DNA from: an uncultured Erysipelotrichaceae bacterium
Lineage (GTDB): Bacteria > Bacillota_I > Bacilli_A > Erysipelotrichales > Erysipelotrichaceae
DNA length: 32,000 bases
Direction: 5' to 3'
Assembly (NCBI GenBank): GCA_942492995.1
Contig: OW818653.1
Span: 1,110,001-1,142,000, forward strand
The notes under the pieces were generated by a model that did no database searches, had not been told where the DNA came from, and saw only the letters and a list, made by a program, of their open reading frames with translations. Both the position numbers and the translations under genes were made by a program. Below, piece after piece: positions 17,809 through 25,925 of the stretch (position 1 is its first letter; each line of letters begins with the position of its first letter).

Positions 17809-18825
17809 ATGAAAATTAATCTACTAATAACAAGTGTTGGAAGACGTAACTACATAGTTCAATTCTTTAAGGAATACATGCATGATGATGACACGATACA
17901 TGTATCAAATAGTAATATAACCAGTGCTTTTAATGAAGCACATTTTAGTGTTGTGACACCATTAATAAAAGATGAAACGTACATTGACTTTCTGGTAGAT
18001 TATTGTGTAAAAAATAGAATAAATGCGCTTTTATCACTTTTCGATTTAGATATCTACGTACTATCAAAACATAAGTCTAAATTTGATGCGATAAATGTTA
18101 CATTACTATTCTCTGACGAGAAGATTATTGAGATCTGCAATGATAAATGGATGACATATAAATTTCTAATTGACCATGGATTTAAAACTCCACTAACATA
18201 TCTTAATTATGATGAAGTTATACAATCACTCGATAAACAAATTATCAAATTTCCAATTATGATTAAACCACGATATGGAACTGGTTCAATTGGATTATAT
18301 GAAGCGAATGATCTTGAAGATTTAGTGTTTTATACAAAAAAAGCGCATCAATTAATTAAAAGAACATACATTAATGAATTTAATCCGATTGATTCACAAT
18401 TATTAATCTATCAAGAAAAAATAGTTGGGACTGAATACAATCTAGATGTGATTAATGACCTTAACTGTGACTATCAAACTACAATCGTTAAACAAAAACT
18501 TGAGATACGAGCTGGAGAAACGGATAAGGCGATTATTATAGATAATGATAAATTAAAAAATGTTGGATTAAATCTATCTCAACATTTAAAACATCGATTA
18601 AATTGTGATTGTGACCTCATTCTAGATATAAACAATACTGCATATATTATTGATTTAAATCCACGTTTTGGAGGTGGTTATCCATTTAGTCATTTAGCAG
18701 GTGTTAACTTACCACATGCAATTCTTTCTTGGTTAAAGAATGAAATAATCGATTATGAATGGAAAGTAGTTAAACCAAATTTAGTTATACAAAAAGAAAT
18801 TATAATGAAGATATTAAAAGATTAA
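17809..18825 (+). CDS. ATP-grasp ligase (stand-alone), opposite orientation to the surrounding operon
   Basis: MKINLLITSVGRRNYIVQFFKE..., then FPIMIKPRYGTGSIGL, and a C-terminal IIDLNPRFGGGYPFSHLAGVNLP. This is the typical pre-ATP-grasp plus ATP-grasp organisation seen in glycan loci. Confidence 0.8.
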   Translation: MKINLLITSVGRRNYIVQFFKEYMHDDDTIHVSNSNITSAFNEAHFSVVTPLIKDETYIDFLVDYCVKNRINALLSLFDLDIYVLSKHKSKFDAINVTLLFSDEKIIEICNDKWMTYKFLIDHGFKTPLTYLNYDEVIQSLDKQIIKFPIMIKPRYGTGSIGLYEANDLEDLVFYTKKAHQLIKRTYINEFNPIDSQLLIYQEKIVGTEYNLDVINDLNCDYQTTIVKQKLEIRAGETDKAIIIDNDKLKNVGLNLSQHLKHRLNCDCDLILDINNTAYIIDLNPRFGGGYPFSHLAGVNLPHAILSWLKNEIIDYEWKVVKPNLVIQKEIIMKILKD

Positions 18826-19472
18826 TTTTTAAAACGAATTCCTATTGAATGGCTTGGATTTCCTACATTCTTTGTGTTTTCTTCCACATCTCTTATCACA
18901 ACAGAACCTGCCCCAATAAGGGCTTTTTGTTTGATGTGTATGTTATTAGAAATCGTTGAATTTAAACCGATATAAACTTGATCATCAATTGTACATACTC
19001 CACCAATGGTTGTGGAAGCAGTAATAATGACATGACTACCCATTTTAAGTTCATGTCCAATATACACTTTTTGACGAATAATATTATTATCTTGAAGGAC
19101 AGTTTCTGGTCCGATATAACACAATTCAAAGATTATATTGTTTACACCCATTTTTACATCATTAAACACAACACTGCGTTTACTTATATAGTTTCTAAGA
19201 TTATAACCTTTGGCTTTTGCCCTATAAAAAAGCGTTGAATCTTGATTCAAAGAAGCATCTAAAACAACCATATCAAATTCACTCGGAGGATAAATCATTT
19301 CAACATCTTCAAAGGCAATTTGTGGTAGATCACAAAACTTACCCGATTCATCTAAATAATCACGATCAACACAAAATGCGACAATCACAAAATCATCATG
19401 ATCAATCGCGTCAAAATACAACATCTTAGATAATAATCGTCTACCATAGACTACGATACCTTTAGATTTCAT
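18822..19472 (-). CDS. NeuD/PglD-family sugar N/O-acyltransferase (left-handed beta-helix)
   Basis: The N-terminal Rossmann-like part is MKSKGIVVYGRRLLSKMLYFDAI..VIVAFCVD. The C-terminal hexapeptide repeats are IGHELKMGSHVIITASTTIGGVCTIDDQVYIGLNSTISNNIHIKQKALIGAGSVVIRDV. GGAGA RBS present. The start overlaps the upstream gene by 11 nt. Confidence 0.8.
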   Translation of the reverse strand: MKSKGIVVYGRRLLSKMLYFDAIDHDDFVIVAFCVDRDYLDESGKFCDLPQIAFEDVEMIYPPSEFDMVVLDASLNQDSTLFYRAKAKGYNLRNYISKRSVVFNDVKMGVNNIIFELCYIGPETVLQDNNIIRQKVYIGHELKMGSHVIITASTTIGGVCTIDDQVYIGLNSTISNNIHIKQKALIGAGSVVIRDVEENTKNVGNPSHSIGIRFKN

Positions 19473-21507
19473 TGTCGTTCTCCATGTAATATTTTGTTAG
19501 TGAATCAATTGTTTGGATTAATGTAACCTTTGGCTCCCAATTAAGATCATTATATATTTTTGATGAGTCTAGTCGATATCTTAAATTAATCGATTCACTT
19601 ACAATTTCAATTCTAGATTTCGAATGACCTTTTATACGATTTACAGAATCGATTGCGAGATTTGCGAAATCGATTATTGAGTATGATTCTTTTGAGCTCA
19701 AGTTATAACATTCTTCCCATTTATCGGGTTGAGCAATAAGTTTAGATAATGCGTCACTAACATCTTCAATATCGATTAAATCAAACACTTGTTCACCACC
19801 AACAATCTTAATTGGCTCATTACGTAGAGCTTGTTTAATAAACTTTGATAAGACAAACACATCAACCAATCCTTTTGAATCTCCTAATACTGTTCCAAGT
19901 CGAATTGATGTAGTATTTAAATCTGGATTTGCGTATTTAATCGTCTTTAGTAATAATTCTGTCGAAACTTTAGCTTGGCCATAAAATGTCTTAGGTTTCA
20001 ATAAAGATGATTCACTCCAGATTGGATCTGCATAATTTCCATATACACTTCGTGATGATAAATTAATTATGTTTTTAACTTTAATTAGTGATGCCTTAGC
20101 GAATAATTCTGATGTGAACTCCAAACTACGTGTAATTTGTTCATCACCTAGATGAGGACGTGCAAACCCTAGATGGATTAAACAATCAATCTCCTTCCAA
20201 GGTATTGAATTGGTTGATAAATCGTTTAGCGTATACATATTTTGAATCGTATTATTGAATACTTTTCTCGCATTATCCATATTCGTTGTGAGTATATCAA
20301 CCATATAACCCTGATTTAATAGCTTATTTACTAAGTTATAACCAATAAAACCCGTAGAACCTGTTACACAAATACGCTTAATCGTATTCAACTTATTCTT
20401 CTCCCAGAATTTATTCTGATTGAAAACGATACAATCATTGTTAGAAATATAGTAATCCGTCAATGATCGATAAACTAACCCATTAGACTGTGTAGGATAT
20501 CTACTATCCACTCCAATATCATACTTATAATAAGATAATATCAGATTTCGAACTTCATCAAATCCTAGCCAAGCACGTGCAGATGTAGATCCACTCATAC
20601 GTCCATTCATTTCTATCCCATAAAATGTATTGTTCGCTTCTCTTAGCTGTAAATTAAACATTCCACGCCAACCTTCTTTTACGATAGCTGTTGTGTATTC
20701 TTTAGCGATTCTACTTAACTCTTCATTTATAAATGGTTCTGCCTTTTCACATCGTCCTAATACCATTAAACTCTTTGATGTGAATATCTCATCAAATTGA
20801 CCGTCTTCATGAATTAAGACTTGTGCTGCATATTGAGCATCATCAGGTAGATGAAAGAAGAATGGAATACCACATTGAATATCTGATTCAAAGCGATTGA
20901 GTTTAATCATATTATCGTTATTAAAACCAATCAATTTTTGTAAGATAATATTCTCTATTTTAGAATTAAGTAAGGCCAAAAGATGATTATCATGCATTAA
21001 TACACGTATTCCAAGCGATCCAAATCCATCTCTTGGTTTCGCAATAATTGGATACTCAACGTGATTTGCCCATTCAAATACATCACCATTTTCCCCATTG
21101 AGAATATATGATTGTGCAAAGGGTAAATGATATTTTTTCGCAAATGACATACTTAATGCTTTATCATTCATAATCTCAATCGAAGATATACTTCCTTTAG
21201 AAATCATATTTTGAAACTCTGGATGCTTATTAAAAAACTTAGCTAGTATCATCACGTCTTCATCACGCCCTGGTAAAACTAAATTAGGTACTTCTTTCAT
21301 TAAAACATTAATAAAAAATGATTCAAACTCAGTCGAATTACTATTAACTGATTTATACAATCGATCACATCTAAAAACGCGAGGATTTTCCGAAATAGTA
21401 TTTATACCCACTATTTCAACTTTCTCTCTTCGACCTTCCAGAGCATCTAGTACATTCTGACCGAGTAAACTTCCAACACTTAGTATTAGTATTTTAAATT
21501 TATTCAT
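19462..21507 (-). CDS. Fusion protein: N-terminal ATP-grasp ligase plus C-terminal extended-SDR NAD(P)-dependent epimerase/dehydratase/reductase
   Basis: The track ORF extends to 21564. The ATG at 21507 (MNKFKILILSVGSLLGQN) sits 1 nt after the upstream stop. The ATP-grasp part shows YPIIAKPRDGFGSLGI and GIEMNGRMSGSTS. The SDR part shows ICVTGSTGFIGYNLVNKLL, SSRSVYG and the catalytic YGQAK. Confidence 0.8.
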   Translation of the reverse strand: MNKFKILILSVGSLLGQNVLDALEGRREKVEIVGINTISENPRVFRCDRLYKSVNSNSTEFESFFINVLMKEVPNLVLPGRDEDVMILAKFFNKHPEFQNMISKGSISSIEIMNDKALSMSFAKKYHLPFAQSYILNGENGDVFEWANHVEYPIIAKPRDGFGSLGIRVLMHDNHLLALLNSKIENIILQKLIGFNNDNMIKLNRFESDIQCGIPFFFHLPDDAQYAAQVLIHEDGQFDEIFTSKSLMVLGRCEKAEPFINEELSRIAKEYTTAIVKEGWRGMFNLQLREANNTFYGIEMNGRMSGSTSARAWLGFDEVRNLILSYYKYDIGVDSRYPTQSNGLVYRSLTDYYISNNDCIVFNQNKFWEKNKLNTIKRICVTGSTGFIGYNLVNKLLNQGYMVDILTTNMDNARKVFNNTIQNMYTLNDLSTNSIPWKEIDCLIHLGFARPHLGDEQITRSLEFTSELFAKASLIKVKNIINLSSRSVYGNYADPIWSESSLLKPKTFYGQAKVSTELLLKTIKYANPDLNTTSIRLGTVLGDSKGLVDVFVLSKFIKQALRNEPIKIVGGEQVFDLIDIEDVSDALSKLIAQPDKWEECYNLSSKESYSIIDFANLAIDSVNRIKGHSKSRIEIVSESINLRYRLDSSKIYNDLNWEPKVTLIQTIDSLTKYYMENDNEI

Positions 21508-21508
21508 A

Positions 21509-23230
21509 TTATTGTTCTTCTTTCCAAAATAGTTTAAACGTTGGGGATGTGGATGAGAAAACACCCTCGCTTATCGATACTTCATTATCAATATTTATAA
21601 TCACTTCAATTAAATATGGCTCTATTGTATTTTGAGCTATATTTATTGCGTTTTCCAATTCTTCTAGTGTCCGTACACACATCGCTTCTATATTGAAACT
21701 TTTCGCATAGTGTGTCCAAGATACATTCGGTAAACGTGATATCTGATTCCGTGTTAGTTCTTCTTCTTTATTCAATCTTAATTCGATTCTTCCATACGAA
21801 CCATTATTTATTACGATAAACTTAGTATTACGATGATACCTTTGTGCTACAGCTAATTCATTCCCATGCATTAACATACATCCATCCCCAGTTAATATCC
21901 ATGTCGCAATCGAGTTATCGACAAATGAAGCGCCTATACCAGCCGCAATTGCCCACCCCATTGGCGCATTCTTTGCGGCAGTGAAGAATGTATTATAGTT
22001 AATCACATCCCAATATTTACTTCCATAGATACGATGATCTCCAGAATCCAAGAAAAAGTTAGATGTTTTATTAATCAATCCATTCATTAAAAACAAACAA
22101 TTTTCCATACTTAATTTAGTACTCTTATCATGTACTTCATATTTAATTGGCTTATAAACATATTTAATAAACCAAGATTTCTCATTATCCGAAATCACAT
22201 TCAACTTCTGTAATGAATCAATGAAATGATTGATTGAACTTTGTATGTGGATAATAGGATGTTCCAAAATACCATCCCTTTGCGCTCGATTGCTAATAGA
22301 GTAAATATTCCTATACTTTTTGAATAGTTTATTACTCCATGCCATCGTATTTCGCTCATTTAATTCTGTCCCAAAAAAGTAAATATCTTCAATTTGTTCA
22401 TTTGAGACCAATTGAATCGCAGATTCATTTCCTGCATATCCATATACTCCACAGAATAATTCACTTGGAATAAGTGCTTGTGTATTCTTTGCGCCTATTG
22501 TACACACCATAGGAATTGCATGTTTTATACAAAAATTGATTATAGAATTTATATCATCGAGATTATTTAAATCTTCACCTAATATAAATATTGCTTTATG
22601 AAAGTTCATTTTATAACGTTCTAAATTTAAATCTTTTTTATCATAGTGTTTAACAAGTTTATTTATCACTAAATTTTCTAGAATTTGTGTCTTAAAGACA
22701 TCACAATGAACATTCAGATGTAAAGGATAATTATTATAATTTCTAAATTCTGAATGGAACGTTTCTAATGTATAAAATAATTCATTAGAATCTGTTGGGA
22801 TACATTGATTATTAATAAGCAATTTCATTATTTCAGAGGATTTACAACCATCTTGGTTTGATGTTTGAAATCCAAGTTTATCTTTAATTGATAGTGGCGC
22901 ATCGCCTGTTAAATATATAACAGAACTATGATCAATCATTGCGGTAGATACTGCAGTTATAAGATTTGTCAGACCTGGTCCATTGATTGTCGCAACTAAG
23001 GATATTTGTTTAGATTTCCTAAAGTATCCATCTGCCATAAAACCAGCCCCTTCTTCATGTGCTGAGACGACTAATTTGAAACGTTTATCCTTCGCGACAG
23101 CTAAAATAAAATGTTCTATGTGAGCTCCAGGTATTGTAAATATCGTACGAATCCCTAGGTCATAGAACAAATTTAGACAATAGTGTGTAAAATCATAGGT
23201 TAAACTTGATACATTTTCTGAATTATACAC
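21509..23230 (-). CDS. Thiamine-diphosphate-dependent enzyme of the acetolactate-synthase/YerE-like class
   Basis: 573 aa with a GTG start at 23230, preceded by GGAGA at a 6-nt spacing. The N-terminal Pyr domain reads VSAHEEGAGFMADGY...INGPGLTNLITAVSTA. The C-terminal ThDP motif is GDG, then 24 residues, then NN (LTGDGCMLMHGNELAVAQRYHRNTKFIVINNGSYG). Confidence 0.8.
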   Translation of the reverse strand: MYNSENVSSLTYDFTHYCLNLFYDLGIRTIFTIPGAHIEHFILAVAKDKRFKLVVSAHEEGAGFMADGYFRKSKQISLVATINGPGLTNLITAVSTAMIDHSSVIYLTGDAPLSIKDKLGFQTSNQDGCKSSEIMKLLINNQCIPTDSNELFYTLETFHSEFRNYNNYPLHLNVHCDVFKTQILENLVINKLVKHYDKKDLNLERYKMNFHKAIFILGEDLNNLDDINSIINFCIKHAIPMVCTIGAKNTQALIPSELFCGVYGYAGNESAIQLVSNEQIEDIYFFGTELNERNTMAWSNKLFKKYRNIYSISNRAQRDGILEHPIIHIQSSINHFIDSLQKLNVISDNEKSWFIKYVYKPIKYEVHDKSTKLSMENCLFLMNGLINKTSNFFLDSGDHRIYGSKYWDVINYNTFFTAAKNAPMGWAIAAGIGASFVDNSIATWILTGDGCMLMHGNELAVAQRYHRNTKFIVINNGSYGRIELRLNKEEELTRNQISRLPNVSWTHYAKSFNIEAMCVRTLEELENAINIAQNTIEPYLIEVIINIDNEVSISEGVFSSTSPTFKLFWKEEQ

Positions 23231-23368
23231 ATTATTTCTCCGTTTAAAACGAGCTGTTTTCTAATGATTTTAGTTTAACAAAATCAACTCTAAATGTATA
23301 TAAATACCCATGGTAGTGCATACATTATATAGATAAGAATAAAAAACTGTTTTAACCCTTTTAAAGTC

Positions 23369-23396
23369 TTGTAATATTCACTTAATACACTATAAT
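23369..23396 (+). promoter_or_regulatory. Putative sigma-A promoter of the regulator/aminotransferase operon
   Basis: TTGTAA (23369-23374), a 16-nt spacer, then TATAAT (23391-23396), followed by the AAGAGG RBS and the ATG at 23421. Confidence 0.5.
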
Positions 23397-23420
23397 TAGA
23401 CTAATTTAAAGAGGCAAAAT

Positions 23421-23903
23421 ATGGAAAAACTACTAAAACTATTAAAAGATAATGCACGATTATCGACAAAAGAATTATCAGTGATGTTAAATCGAAGTGA
23501 AACTGATGTCTCAAACCAAATTTCTGAACTCGAAAATCAAGGAATTATTAAAGGATATAAAACACTTATCAACGAACAAAAAGTGAATGCTGGAGTTACC
23601 GCATTGATTGAGTTAAAAGTTACACCAAAGAAAGAATATGGTTTCCAAGACATCGCCGACCGTGTAATGCAATTCCCTGAAGTGGAAAGTGTTTATCTAA
23701 TGGCGGGAGACTATGATTTAGCTGTTTTTGTGAAAGGTGAAACGATTCAAGATGTCGCAATGTTTGTGGCTAAACGATTATCACCACTTGATTCAGTTAT
23801 TTCTACCGCAACTCATTTTGTCTTACAAAAATATAAACAAGATGGTGTTATTCTTGATGATTTAAAAAATAATGACATAAGAAGTCAAATGGTAAAAGAA
23901 TGA
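23421..23903 (+). CDS. Lrp/AsnC-family transcriptional regulator
   Basis: MEKLLKLLKDNARLSTKELSVMLNRSETDVSNQISELENQGIIKGYKTLIN forms the HTH, followed by an AsnC-type ligand domain. Its stop overlaps the next start (ATGA at 23900-23903). The pair resembles Bacillus subtilis alaR-alaT (yugG-yugH). Confidence 0.85.
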   Translation: MEKLLKLLKDNARLSTKELSVMLNRSETDVSNQISELENQGIIKGYKTLINEQKVNAGVTALIELKVTPKKEYGFQDIADRVMQFPEVESVYLMAGDYDLAVFVKGETIQDVAMFVAKRLSPLDSVISTATHFVLQKYKQDGVILDDLKNNDIRSQMVKE

Positions 23904-25063
23904 CGAAGCCTTTGAAAGTAAACAAATACCTCGCTACCATACCAGATGCGATAATTACGAAATATTTAGAAATTGGCGCAAATCCTGAAGTAATTTCGTT
24001 AGGCATCGGTGAACCTGATTTCTCAACACCTTACCACATACGAGAAGCTGCGATTGAAGCACTATCATTAGGTAAAACGTTTTATACTCCCGCAAAAGGC
24101 TTATTAGGTTTACGTAAAGAAATTGCGAACACAATGAAACGTAAAACTCGTTTAACCTATGATCCAAATACTGAAATACTTGTGACAATTGGCGCAAGTG
24201 AAGCGATTGAAGTCGCAATTATTACATTGCTCAATGTTGGAGATGAAGTTATCGTCGTTTCTCCAAGTTATTTAAGTTATGAACCTATTGTTAAAATGTG
24301 TGGTGGCGTTGTCGTGAATGTTGAGACAAAAGAAGCAGATGGATTTAAACTCACAAAAGAAGCACTACTCGAAAAATTAAGCGATAAAACACGTTTAATT
24401 CTATTAAACTATCCTAATAACCCGACTGGCGCAATTATGAATAAAGCAGAATTAAGTGAGATTGCGTCTGTTCTTAAAGATCGTGATTTACACGTCTTAT
24501 CAGATGAAATTTACAGTGAACTAAGTTATACAAAAAAACACTTCTCAATTGCAGAATGTGAAGGTATGTATGATAAAACACTTGTTATCAATGGATTCTC
24601 AAAAACATACGCAATGACAGGTTGGCGTTTGGGTTATGTTTGTGCTCCAAAGGAAGTAATCGATACTTTAGCGAAATATCATCAATACGCTATTCTCTGT
24701 GCACCAACCATATCTCAGTTCGCTGGTATTGAAGCACTTAAAAATGGAGATGATACGATTGTACATATGCGTGATGAGTATGATATGCGTAGACGATTTG
24801 TCGTCGATCGCTTAAATTCAATTGGTTTACCAACATCTAATCCACTTGGCGCATTCTATGTTTTTATAAATATCCAATGGACAAAAATGAGTTCAACCGA
24901 ATTTTGTGATAAACTTCTAGAGAGTAAAAAAGTCGCACTTATACCAGGTAATGCGTTTGGTAAGAGTGGCGAAGGGTTTGTACGCCTTTCATATTCATAT
25001 TCTATTCAACATATCAAGGAAGCTCTTGATCGAATTGAAGCATTTATCAAAGAACTAGTTTAA
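23900..25063 (+). CDS. Class I/II PLP-dependent aminotransferase (AlaT/AspC-like)
   Basis: LGIGEPDFSTPYHIREAAIEAL, NYPNNPTGA, and NGFSKTYAMTGWRLGY, which carries the PLP lysine. Confidence 0.85.
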   Translation: MTKPLKVNKYLATIPDAIITKYLEIGANPEVISLGIGEPDFSTPYHIREAAIEALSLGKTFYTPAKGLLGLRKEIANTMKRKTRLTYDPNTEILVTIGASEAIEVAIITLLNVGDEVIVVSPSYLSYEPIVKMCGGVVVNVETKEADGFKLTKEALLEKLSDKTRLILLNYPNNPTGAIMNKAELSEIASVLKDRDLHVLSDEIYSELSYTKKHFSIAECEGMYDKTLVINGFSKTYAMTGWRLGYVCAPKEVIDTLAKYHQYAILCAPTISQFAGIEALKNGDDTIVHMRDEYDMRRRFVVDRLNSIGLPTSNPLGAFYVFINIQWTKMSSTEFCDKLLESKKVALIPGNAFGKSGEGFVRLSYSYSIQHIKEALDRIEAFIKELV

Positions 25064-25082
25064 ATTTTATAGGGGGACTAAG

Positions 25083-25925
25083 ATGAGAAGAAATGAGAAG
25101 ATTATCGTATTTCTAATGATTATCGGTGTAATCTATTTTTCACAGTTTATCAATGTTATAGAACCGGTACCATGGATAGAGTACAAATTAATTGCACATG
25201 CGTTAGGTGGTATCGATAATTCAACGTATACAAACTCATTAGAGGCATTAGATGAAAGTATAAAAGAAGGATACAAACTTGTAGAAGTAGATATATTACT
25301 TACACGAGATAACCAACTCGTTTTACGTCATGATTGGGGAGTTGGAAGTTATTTACATTTAAATCAAGCATATGTTGAAAATGGATCGGGTTATTATGTT
25401 CCAACATTAGATGAATTTATAAATCTTCCTATTCTAAATCAATATACTCCAATGACATTTGTGGATTTACTGAACTACATGAAAATACATAAAGACTTTT
25501 ATGTTGTGACTGATACGAAATATTTAACACCAGAAGAATATTTACCAGAATTTGAATTAATTGTGAAAGAGATAAACAAAGTTGATCCGAGATTACTAGA
25601 TCGATTTATCATTCAATTCTATAATCAAGAAATGTATTACAACTTATCTCAGAACTTTCCATTTAAAGAATATCTATTTACGATATACGCTGTAGATATA
25701 ACAAACGATGAAATAATTCGTTTTATGAGTGATAATCAACTTAAATACTTAACAATGTATGAAGGTAGAATTGAACAAGAATTCATTGATGAATTAACGA
25801 ATTTAGGTATTTATACCCTTACGCATACAATTAATGATTTGACAAAAGTAAGTGATTATTTATATATTGGTCTAGATGGTATTTATACGGATACTGTTTT
25901 AATGGAAGAAATAGGTTTAAAATAA
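25083..25925 (+). CDS. Membrane-anchored glycerophosphodiester-phosphodiesterase-like (GDPD/PI-PLC-like) protein
   Basis: An N-terminal TM helix (IIVFLMIIGVIYFSQF) is followed by IAHALGGIDNSTYTNSLEALDESIKEGYKLVEVDILLTRDNQLVLRHDW, a GDPD-type H...E.D...HD pattern. AGGGGGA RBS. Its stop abuts the next ATG (TAAATG). Confidence 0.7.
   Translation: MRRNEKIIVFLMIIGVIYFSQFINVIEPVPWIEYKLIAHALGGIDNSTYTNSLEALDESIKEGYKLVEVDILLTRDNQLVLRHDWGVGSYLHLNQAYVENGSGYYVPTLDEFINLPILNQYTPMTFVDLLNYMKIHKDFYVVTDTKYLTPEEYLPEFELIVKEINKVDPRLLDRFIIQFYNQEMYYNLSQNFPFKEYLFTIYAVDITNDEIIRFMSDNQLKYLTMYEGRIEQEFIDELTNLGIYTLTHTINDLTKVSDYLYIGLDGIYTDTVLMEEIGLK

Noticed and set aside
17711-18850. An invertible DNA segment explaining the opposite orientation of the ATP-grasp gene
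   Set aside because: I found no inverted repeats flanking the gene when comparing 17711-17808 with 18826-18850, and there is no recombinase gene nearby.
21509-23230. The ThDP enzyme read as phosphonopyruvate decarboxylase (phosphonate-decorated glycan) or as housekeeping acetolactate synthase
   Set aside because: No PEP mutase or AEP transaminase gene accompanies it, and the 573-aa three-domain size fits the ALS-like class better than Ppd. No ilvN/ilvC/ilvD or alsD context supports a housekeeping role. A proper phylogeny is still needed.
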